Below are positions 39,425-47,410 of a stretch of 64,000 nt of DNA, piece by piece. Every line of letters starts with the position of its first letter. Position 1 is the first letter of the stretch. The notes beneath the pieces were generated by a model that saw nothing but the letters and a program-made list of their open reading frames with translations, searched no databases and had not been told where the DNA came from. The stretch is from positions 128,001-192,000 of the forward strand of contig OY762721.1 in assembly GCA_963666345.1 (NCBI GenBank). The letters are read 5' to 3'. Both the position numbers and the translations under genes were made by a program. This DNA is from Desulfatiglandales bacterium. GTDB lineage: Bacteria; Desulfobacterota; DSM-4660; Desulfatiglandales; Desulfatiglandaceae.

Positions 39425-40210
39425 ATGTCTGATTGTTCCCCCCTTGTAGCCCTTGGAAGCAGGCTTCGTGGAATCCCCCAGGTTATCACCCTCGGCGTGA
39501 AGCCCAACTTCCTGGATTACGACCAAGAAGAAAGAAACCTCATCAAGGAAAGCAGGATCATCCTTTATCCCAGTCGTAATTATGCTCAGTTTTTCAATAC
39601 ATCGGGGAAAAGGACCTTTCCTGGTCTTGAGACTTATCTCTATGCCGACAACAAGATTATGCAGACAACCCTGTTCTACATGATGGAGATACCTCACCCA
39701 AGGACGAGGATATATTATCACCTTCATCATGAAGGCATTCTTAAAGAATTCTCGTTCCCATTTATAGGGAAAATACCGAGAGATTCGGCACGGGGAAGAG
39801 GAGTGTTTTTGATTCGAGAAAAGTCTGAATTAAGGGATTACCTGAGCCTGACCAATGTTGCATACATACAGGAATTTCTGCCGCATGATCGTGACCTCAG
39901 GGTTGTTCTGATCAACTACGATCCCGTAATCGCCTATTGGAGATATAGCGCCGAAAATAATTTCAGGACCAATCTTGCACAGGGCGGGACGATATGTTTT
40001 GATGATATTCCCGAAAAAGCGGTACAGTTGGCGGTCGAATGCGCAAAGAGATGTAAATTCGATGACGTGGGTGTCGATCTCATCTGCTCCGGCGCACGCT
40101 GGAGCGTGATAGAGGCAAACATGAAATATGGTAGAAAGGGGCTCAGGATGAAAGACCTGGACCTTAAAAAAATAATGACGCAAAAGCTTGTTGCAGGTGA
40201 GATAGGATAA
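39425..40210 (+). CDS. RimK-like ATP-grasp ligase
   Basis: RGRGVFLI, YIQEFL, RDLRV, FRTNLAQGG, GVDL, IEAN. Confidence 0.85.
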   Translation: MSDCSPLVALGSRLRGIPQVITLGVKPNFLDYDQEERNLIKESRIILYPSRNYAQFFNTSGKRTFPGLETYLYADNKIMQTTLFYMMEIPHPRTRIYYHLHHEGILKEFSFPFIGKIPRDSARGRGVFLIREKSELRDYLSLTNVAYIQEFLPHDRDLRVVLINYDPVIAYWRYSAENNFRTNLAQGGTICFDDIPEKAVQLAVECAKRCKFDDVGVDLICSGARWSVIEANMKYGRKGLRMKDLDLKKIMTQKLVAGEIG

Positions 40211-40317
40211 GCTCAATCAGGAGATGCACGTTACCTGGCATGCTATGCGACGCAGTTGCTCCAGTAAATTTATAACAATAAAAATCAGTTCAGGTTCAAA
40301 CAAGGAAAGACAGTCCC

Positions 40318-43300
40318 ATGAAAGGTAAATTCCATTTAACAGCCGCGCTGCTTATCCTGCTTTTTTTCATCCCCTTATGTGTTCTGGGATACCTGTTTTT
40401 CAGGGTCACAGACGATGCTTCAAACAGGATTGAAAGGGGTGTCATAGAACGGATCATAGCCGCTGAAAGCCCGGTCTTCTACGACGACGGCAAAACCCCC
40501 ATAGGTGTGTTTTTTGAAAAAACCCACAGGAGCTACATAAAATATGAAGACATTCCCAAGACATTCGTAAAGGCTATCGTAGCCTCGGAGGATAGGGCTT
40601 TTTTCAGGCACTGTGGTTTTGATATCAAGGCCATATTACGGGCCTTTCTTGCAAACCTCGGTTCAGGAAAGGTCGTTCAGGGGGGAAGCACCATAACCCA
40701 GCAAACCGCAAAAAACGTATTTAGGCGAGAAAAGAGGTCTTACAAGGCCAAATTCAAGGAACTTATCCAGGCCTTTTTGCTTGAGCGAAGATATTCAAAG
40801 GAGGAAATCCTTGAGATGTATGCAAATCAATTCTTTGTAACAGGATACGGCAAGGGATTAGGTATTGCATCACAATATTTTTTTGCCAAAGACGCCCGGG
40901 ATCTGGACTTGGTAGAGGCTGCATTCATAGCAGGCTCATTAAAGGGGCCGAATCGTTACAATCCCTTTATAAAAACAGGGGAAAAAGAAAAACAGAGGGC
41001 ACTGAAACTTGCTAAAGAGAGAAAAGATTATGTCCTTTCAAATATGTTAAGAGAAAATTTCATAACAAGAAGTGAATACCTGGAGGCAAAGTCAAAAGAG
41101 GTTCCATTTAAGGAGGGAAAGATAACCTACCGCCTAAGGGTAGTGATGGACTACATTCGTCGACAGCTGGAATCCGACTACTTCAAGGAGATTCTGCTTG
41201 AACAGGGTGTAGACAATATAGCAACTTCCGGCATAGGGATTTTCACCTCAATAAACAAGCAAATCCAGGACCAGGCACTCCGAAGCCTCAGACAGTGGCT
41301 GCCGAGGCTTGATGTGCAGCTAAGAGGGTATGGGAGCATAAATGACGACATGATACCGGAGGTAGGAGCGAAAGGCCTACCCGGAAAATTGACTGACGGA
41401 CTTCCTTTTTTCGCGCGTATAACCCATATCGCTCAAAACTCGGAGGCAGGCTCCCTTGTCGTGGCATGGAATGGGGGTGGAGGAATAATAGGATATGAGG
41501 GGATGAAGGATATGGGTGAGGCCTGGATAAAATGGAAAAGGGGAAGCTGGTCCAGATTTCAAAAAGCGGATGTCCCCTCTTTTTTGAAGATCTTTTGCGT
41601 GGGGGAACTGATTCCGGTCAGAGTGTTTGAAGAATCTCAGGGAAAACCGGCAAAAGGACTTTGCCTCGCGAGCGTCCCTCAATTGGAAGGAGGTCTGATA
41701 GTTCTTCAAAAGGGCATGGTCAGTGCCATGGTGGGTGGATTTTACGACCGTTTTTTCAACAGGTCCGTAGATGCCAGAAGGCAGCTTGGTTCCATCTTCA
41801 AGCCCTTTGTCCTGAGCGCCGCCCTGAATCTAAAATGGAACAGTCTGGACCCGCTTGAAAACATTACGACATTTTACGACTTTGAAAACACCGATTATAT
41901 TCCGCGACCCGATCACAGACCGGAAAGCGACAAGGTGTCTCTTGCATGGGCGGGAGTTAAATCAGAGAATCTTGCTGCAGTTTGGTTGCTTTACCACCTC
42001 ACCGATAATCTGACTCTTGGCGAATTCAGGAAAATTGTTGAGATTACCGGATTTTCAAGGAGGGAGAACGAAGACTACAGCGCCTATGAAAAACGACTGA
42101 GAGACGGATTCGGTATCCTTGCCGGAAGTGAAACGCTGAGAGAGGCGGCCTTTGAAGAATCGAAAAAGGAATTGGGATCGGACATCATCTTCGGCGATTT
42201 TGGCGATGCCGATGTTACAGGCGAGGTAATAAAGAAAACAAACAGGCTCTATTATAATCTGAATCTTGAGGATCTGGATATTGAGGAATCTGAGGTCGCT
42301 CAACTTGAAAGATACGATTTTTCGAGGCTTATCGAAAAGGCTTTTAAAATCAAAGACCTTTTAGGCAAAATTGAAGCGTCTTATTCAACAAAAGTCCTGT
42401 CTGAAACAGGAAGGCGTACGCTGATAAACGTCGCTTCAAGACTTTTTTTTGATCTGGAGCACCAGGGCAGAATTATATATTCGGAAAATCCGAAGTCGAT
42501 CAGCCCTTCCCTTCTGGCTGCCCTTAAACCTGATGACCTGCTGGATAAAGTGGCGTTTTTGAGCGCAAAAGACATCTGGGTCGAAGGCGTCATGCCATGC
42601 CGGGCACTGGAGCTTCTTGCTTCATACACTGAAAACGGATACAAGAGGCTGGCTTCCAAAAGGCCATATGAACTGGAGACATTATCCAAGATGCGCGATT
42701 TCAGGACCCTGATAAATATCTCATATGTGGTTTATCTTGCAAAAGAACTGGGCATTATGACTCAGCTTGATCCGGTGCTTTCACTTCCGCTGGGACCCAC
42801 TTCCATAAGTATAATGGAAGCCGCACTTGCTTACAACAGCATCATGACCGGCAATGCCGTAACCCCGCTGGCAGATGGCGGAGTTGAAATGATTCCTCTT
42901 ATCACAAAAATCACTGACAGACAGGGAGAGGTGATATGGAAATACTCCCCTAGACAGAAAAAGGTCCTCTCAGACAGGGTCCGTTCTCTAATGGTCGATA
43001 TACTCAGGAAGGTCGTCAAGGTCGGAACAGGAAAAAAGGCTGAAGAGGCTGTAAGGGTGATGCTGAACATGGAAGGGAAAGATATCGGAGTACCGGTTCC
43101 TTCTTATGGAAAAACCGGTACTGCCAACCGGTTTACCAATTCCAGTTATGTGGGTTTCATTCCCGGCATTAACACGGAATCAGGAGAAATGGACCTTAAT
43201 TCAGGTTATGTGATCGCAGGATATGTGGGATATGACGATAACAGACCGATGAAGTCTGATAAATTCTCCATATATGGTTCATCAGGTGCCCTTCCCCTCT

Positions 43301-43560
43301 GGATTGACACGGCAAATGCAGTAGTTAACACCGATAAATATAAAGAGAACTTTCAGCCTGCCGAGCTTATATTTGAAGATACTGGAAAAGGTTTTTACCA
43401 GGGGATGATCCCGGTAAAGGTTTCCCCCGCCTCCGGTCTTCCCGCACCTGAAGAAAAAAGGACCGATTCCACTGCTGAAATAATTACCGAGGCGCAGTTT
43501 AAGGATGAAAGGCTCATACTTAAAAGGCATTTTGAGCCTGTAACAGGAGGAACGAATTGA
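40318..43560 (+). CDS. Class A penicillin-binding protein (PBP1A-like) with a large insertion
   Basis: Glycosyltransferase motifs EDRAFFRHCG, GGSTITQQTAKN; transpeptidase motifs SIFK, SEN, KTG. Confidence 0.9.
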   Translation: MKGKFHLTAALLILLFFIPLCVLGYLFFRVTDDASNRIERGVIERIIAAESPVFYDDGKTPIGVFFEKTHRSYIKYEDIPKTFVKAIVASEDRAFFRHCGFDIKAILRAFLANLGSGKVVQGGSTITQQTAKNVFRREKRSYKAKFKELIQAFLLERRYSKEEILEMYANQFFVTGYGKGLGIASQYFFAKDARDLDLVEAAFIAGSLKGPNRYNPFIKTGEKEKQRALKLAKERKDYVLSNMLRENFITRSEYLEAKSKEVPFKEGKITYRLRVVMDYIRRQLESDYFKEILLEQGVDNIATSGIGIFTSINKQIQDQALRSLRQWLPRLDVQLRGYGSINDDMIPEVGAKGLPGKLTDGLPFFARITHIAQNSEAGSLVVAWNGGGGIIGYEGMKDMGEAWIKWKRGSWSRFQKADVPSFLKIFCVGELIPVRVFEESQGKPAKGLCLASVPQLEGGLIVLQKGMVSAMVGGFYDRFFNRSVDARRQLGSIFKPFVLSAALNLKWNSLDPLENITTFYDFENTDYIPRPDHRPESDKVSLAWAGVKSENLAAVWLLYHLTDNLTLGEFRKIVEITGFSRRENEDYSAYEKRLRDGFGILAGSETLREAAFEESKKELGSDIIFGDFGDADVTGEVIKKTNRLYYNLNLEDLDIEESEVAQLERYDFSRLIEKAFKIKDLLGKIEASYSTKVLSETGRRTLINVASRLFFDLEHQGRIIYSENPKSISPSLLAALKPDDLLDKVAFLSAKDIWVEGVMPCRALELLASYTENGYKRLASKRPYELETLSKMRDFRTLINISYVVYLAKELGIMTQLDPVLSLPLGPTSISIMEAALAYNSIMTGNAVTPLADGGVEMIPLITKITDRQGEVIWKYSPRQKKVLSDRVRSLMVDILRKVVKVGTGKKAEEAVRVMLNMEGKDIGVPVPSYGKTGTANRFTNSSYVGFIPGINTESGEMDLNSGYVIAGYVGYDDNRPMKSDKFSIYGSSGALPLWIDTANAVVNTDKYKENFQPAELIFEDTGKGFYQGMIPVKVSPASGLPAPEEKRTDSTAEIITEAQFKDERLILKRHFEPVTGGTN

Positions 43561-44882
43561 AAAAGGAAATACTTTTATCCATCTTCTTTCTTGTCTTCAT
43601 TTTGGAGGGATGCCTGCCGGCGACACAGAGGGGTGCTACAGAGGGATCTACTTACTACTACGGTTCTTCGGATGCGGGCACCCTGAAGATCATAAAAGAA
43701 AGGGTCTCATACCTTGAGAACCACCTCAAAGAGGAAGACGTTCCAAAAAACAACAGGGCGGTATCAGAGGGGTTACTCGACATCTACAGGGATATTTCTT
43801 TTGAGATGTCAAGGCCTTATTATGAGAGAAACTACAAGATATTTTCAGATAACATCATAAAGGGGGTAATTGGTCTTGACAGGGCCTATTTTTTGACTGC
43901 GGAAAAGTCCTCTGTCGGAACAACAGGTTCTGCGGGCATGTTTGGAAAGGAAAGGAAGGAAATACTCTCCCTGTACCGCGAAAAAAAATATGAAGACCTC
44001 ATAGAAAGGTACAAGGAACTTGAATCATTACATGGAGCTGATTTATTTGACCCGCATATGGCCCTTGCCTTTAACCTTTCCCTGGGAAAGCTCAGGAGGT
44101 TTTCAGAGGCGGTCTCTTTTGGAAGCCGCCTTTTTTCAAAGATTCAAGGTAATCCGGAACCAATCGAACTCACCACCCAAATGGCAGGCTGGCAGTTGCA
44201 GCTTGGCAATATCAAAGAGGCAAGGGAACTACTTGTTGAGCTGGAAAAAGGCCATGAAAAAAGATCCGTCTCCATTGAAAGGCTTAAAGAAAATATCAGA
44301 ATCTCCGGCATAAAAACGCCCGTCTCCTCTCCTCCCGGACCTCTAAAGGATACCCAATTTGAAAAGGCAGAAAAACTTATTGAAGAAAAGATGTTTTCAG
44401 AGGCCAGAGAACTTCTTCTGAAAATGGCGGACAAATCCGATTCTCCGCCGGAAAGGACCTTTGCTGTAAAATCTCTTCTGATAAATCTTGAAAAGGCTGA
44501 GGAGGAATATCTGGAAAAGCAGATATCCTTGATCTCCATGAAAAAAGGCTCCCTTGATATAGCCATAAATCTGATAGAAAAGGAGCGTTATCAGGAGGTC
44601 CTCACCGGGCTCAAAGGCCTTGATGAAGAAGATATGAGTCTGGAGTTAAAGGCGATAAAAAGAAAGGCCGTAGACGGGCTTGTAAGAAAACAGAGCAACA
44701 GGGCTGCAAAGATCTTTCTAATGGCTGAGAACGAAAAAGATCTTGAAAAGAAAAAGCGATACCTTGAACAATCATATGAAATACTTCTCAACCTGGCAAA
44801 AAGTCACCCGTCCTCGACATTAATAGACAGGGTGAAATCGTATGCCGAAAGGGTAAAAAAAGAACTTTCGCGATTCAACTGA
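43557..44882 (+). CDS. Lipoprotein with helical/TPR-like repeats
   Basis: MKKEILLSIFFLVFILEGC lipobox; TTG start overlaps the PBP stop, AGGAGG RBS. Confidence 0.75.
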   Translation: MKKEILLSIFFLVFILEGCLPATQRGATEGSTYYYGSSDAGTLKIIKERVSYLENHLKEEDVPKNNRAVSEGLLDIYRDISFEMSRPYYERNYKIFSDNIIKGVIGLDRAYFLTAEKSSVGTTGSAGMFGKERKEILSLYREKKYEDLIERYKELESLHGADLFDPHMALAFNLSLGKLRRFSEAVSFGSRLFSKIQGNPEPIELTTQMAGWQLQLGNIKEARELLVELEKGHEKRSVSIERLKENIRISGIKTPVSSPPGPLKDTQFEKAEKLIEEKMFSEARELLLKMADKSDSPPERTFAVKSLLINLEKAEEEYLEKQISLISMKKGSLDIAINLIEKERYQEVLTGLKGLDEEDMSLELKAIKRKAVDGLVRKQSNRAAKIFLMAENEKDLEKKKRYLEQSYEILLNLAKSHPSSTLIDRVKSYAERVKKELSRFN

Positions 44883-44910
44883 GAACGCTTACAGACAAAT
44901 AGAGGATAAT

Positions 44911-45831
44911 ATGATAGAGACAAACATACCGGTTTCCTGCGCTGAGGTCGTCGGGCTCGGCCAGGCCTGTGTCGACTATCTGGGAGATCTCCCTTTCTAT
45001 CCTTTGGAAGACAGCAAGGCCGAGCTGCGGAGCCTCGTTATCCAGTGCGGTGGTCCGGCCTCAACCGCATTGATAACCCTGGCCAGTTTCGGGATCAAGA
45101 CCTCTTTTATAGGCTCTATTTCCGATGATTTTTCAGGCTGTAAAATCAAAGAGAACCTTTTAAAAAAAGGGGTTGACATCTCATGTCTCAAAATCACCCC
45201 CGGCTTCACCTCTCAACTCGCATTCATAACCGTTTCAGCAGGTTCAGGGAAAAGGACCGTCTTCTGGCACAGGGGAACCGTTCCTCATTTGAAAGCTACA
45301 GACGTGGATATCTCCCATTTTGGATCGGCAAAGATACTCCACTTGGACGGCCTTATGGAAGAGGCCTCGATCAAGGCCGCGGAACAGGCTAAGGATATGG
45401 GTATCCATATTGTTCTTGATGCAGGTACTCTAAGAGAGCAATCCATAAAGCTGGTGTCCCTCTCAGATACGGTTATAGTATCGGAAGGATTTGTATCATC
45501 AATTTCAACGCCCGGGGCTTGCCATAAAGACTCGCTTGAATATCTCAGGTCCCTCGGTCCTGAAACCGCCGTAATAACCCTGGGCGAAAATGGAAGCATC
45601 GGGCTCGATAAACAAGGTTCTGTAAGTCAGAAGGCATTTGATGTAAAGGTAATCGATACCACGGGGGCCGGTGATGTCTATCATGGGGCCTATATATACG
45701 CCATGCTCAACTCATGGGGCATGGCCCGATGCATGCACTTTGCCTCTGCCGCCGCCGCCTTAAAGTGCAGAAGCCCCGGAGCCCAGCAAGGCATACCAAC
45801 CCTTGAGGAAATAGCGCAGATAGTCGGATAA
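44911..45831 (+). CDS. PfkB-family carbohydrate kinase
   Basis: GGPASTA, ITLGENG, DTTGAGDVYHG. Confidence 0.92.
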   Translation: MIETNIPVSCAEVVGLGQACVDYLGDLPFYPLEDSKAELRSLVIQCGGPASTALITLASFGIKTSFIGSISDDFSGCKIKENLLKKGVDISCLKITPGFTSQLAFITVSAGSGKRTVFWHRGTVPHLKATDVDISHFGSAKILHLDGLMEEASIKAAEQAKDMGIHIVLDAGTLREQSIKLVSLSDTVIVSEGFVSSISTPGACHKDSLEYLRSLGPETAVITLGENGSIGLDKQGSVSQKAFDVKVIDTTGAGDVYHGAYIYAMLNSWGMARCMHFASAAAALKCRSPGAQQGIPTLEEIAQIVG

Positions 45832-45873
45832 TAGTGACAATGACGTTTCTGGGAGGATCTACTGATTAAAGAC

Positions 45874-46695
45874 ATGGAAACTTTTAACCGAATGAAGGGA
45901 TCAAAAATACTGATAAAGGGTGCAGGTGAAAAGGCAAGCGCGGTTGCTCACAGGCTTTACCTTTGCGGATTTAAAAAGATAGTCATGACTGAACGGCGGT
46001 ATCCTCTTGCCGAGAGGAGGCATGTGTGTTTCTGTGAGGCCCTTTTTGACAAAAACAAAGAGGTCATGGGTGTGTCAGCAAGGAAAACGGACCCGAGCCT
46101 GGAGGATATTAAAAAGGCTTGGTCATCCGGCATGATTGCTATTGCAAAAGATCCGAATTTGAGCATATTAAGCGAACTCAGGCCTAATGTCTTTATCGAT
46201 GCGGTCATGTCAAAAAGAAATACCGGAACAGGAAAGGATCTGGCACCATGCGTTATCTCCCTCGGCCCCGGGTTCAATGCGGGCGTTGACGCACACTATG
46301 TAATAGAAACAAATCCGCTAAGCAATTTCCTGGGCGGAGTAATAACAGAGGGGAAAGCAGAAAAAGACACGGGAATACCGCCTTCCGTATCAGGTCTTGA
46401 CCAGGAACGAATCATAAGGTCGCCTTCAGAGGGAATTTTGAGGTCTCATAAAAAAATAGGTAATTCGGTCGAAAAGGGAGAAGATATAGGTTCTGTTGGA
46501 GGGGGTATACTGAAATCCCCGACTAAAGGAGTTATATGGGGGCTGGTAAGAGACGGTGTAAGGGTGAAAAAGGATCAGAAGATTGGAGATATCGATCCCA
46601 GGGGAGATGAAAGGTCGTGCCATGAGATCACTCCTCATTCAAGATCTATTGCCGGCGGGGTAATAGAAGCGGTATTGAGATTTCATCTCTGCTAA
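45874..46695 (+). CDS. yqeB: YqeB-family protein (selenium-dependent molybdenum hydroxylase accessory)
   Basis: IKGAGEKASAVAHRL, DAVMSKRN, LGPGF, DTGIP, KIGDIDPRG, IAGGVIEA. Confidence 0.85.
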   Translation: METFNRMKGSKILIKGAGEKASAVAHRLYLCGFKKIVMTERRYPLAERRHVCFCEALFDKNKEVMGVSARKTDPSLEDIKKAWSSGMIAIAKDPNLSILSELRPNVFIDAVMSKRNTGTGKDLAPCVISLGPGFNAGVDAHYVIETNPLSNFLGGVITEGKAEKDTGIPPSVSGLDQERIIRSPSEGILRSHKKIGNSVEKGEDIGSVGGGILKSPTKGVIWGLVRDGVRVKKDQKIGDIDPRGDERSCHEITPHSRSIAGGVIEAVLRFHLC

Positions 46696-46850
46696 TCCCA
46701 AAAACAATCGTGGCCTTTATTCCTATATAAAGGAAGGGGGGATCAATTGTATAAAAGTGCTGATACTGTCTAAATAGACATACCCGATATCTTACCTAGG
46801 AAGGCCGCCCGCTGCCATAAATTATACAATAATGATCTGTCTGTTTTTTT

Positions 46851-47042
46851 CTATATATCGCTTTCAAGTATAATCTTGTGCTCAAGCAGGGAAAATTTCT
46901 TTATTCTCCCTCTTAAATGCCTTTCCTCTCCAAAGAGGTCAACCATTTTCACTTCCCCCCTTTCTTCTTCAATGTAGTCAACATCTTCGAACAAAAGCTC
47001 TTCTCTACCCTCATTTTCAATATAAACCGATGACTGGCACAT
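46851..47042 (-). CDS. cooT: CooT-family nickel-binding protein
   Basis: Cys2 (MCQS), 'EDVD', 'DLFGE', 'LLEHKI' His; AGGAG RBS. Confidence 0.85.
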   Translation of the reverse strand: MCQSSVYIENEGREELLFEDVDYIEEERGEVKMVDLFGEERHLRGRIKKFSLLEHKIILESDI

Positions 47043-47099
47043 AAAAAACTCCTAATGTTGTTTTTTGTCATTCAAGATAATATCAAAAAGGCTCATACC

Positions 47100-47141
47100 A
47101 AAAAAACCACGGACACACGGATTTTAATCGTGCCTTCGTGG
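47100..47141 (-). terminator. Intrinsic terminator inside the cooT leader
   Basis: CCACG..GCACG...CGUGU..CGUGG stem followed by U7, 57 nt upstream of the cooT ATG. Confidence 0.75.
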
Positions 47142-47146
47142 CGTAA

Positions 47147-47270
47147 AATTACCCCTAGAACTGATAAGACCTGATAAACCTGCTGGACGGAATCTTACAC
47201 GCAGGGGCTCCATCACTAAAGCTTATGGGTCAAGGTAATTCATGAAAAAGGACTTCATGTCCCGATTTCA
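47147..47270 (-). promoter_or_regulatory. Candidate riboswitch/attenuator sensing domain in the cooT leader
   Basis: AAUUACC/GGUAAUU closing stem, inner CCUGC/GCAGG and GACC/GGUC stems, competing pairing with the terminator base. Confidence 0.5.
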
Positions 47271-47274
47271 TAAA

Positions 47275-47304
47275 ATTTTATCCGCCCTCTCACTTGTCTG
47301 TCAA
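47275..47304 (-). promoter_or_regulatory. Putative sigma70 promoter TTGACA-N18-TAAAAT for the cooT leader
   Basis: -35 at 47304-47299, -10 at 47280-47275. Confidence 0.6.
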
Positions 47305-47410
47305 GCCGTTTTTGAGTTCACCGGCTATTGGCAATATTTATTCAATCTGGTAAACTTGATATAATAAAATATTATGCATAATGCTCAACTCCTTTTACCG
47401 AGGTCAAGAA

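Noticed and set aside
47195..47225. Fluoride riboswitch-like GUGAUGGAG in the cooT leader
   Set aside because: The matching P1 and the 3' GCUxAUGAC pseudoknot segment are missing.
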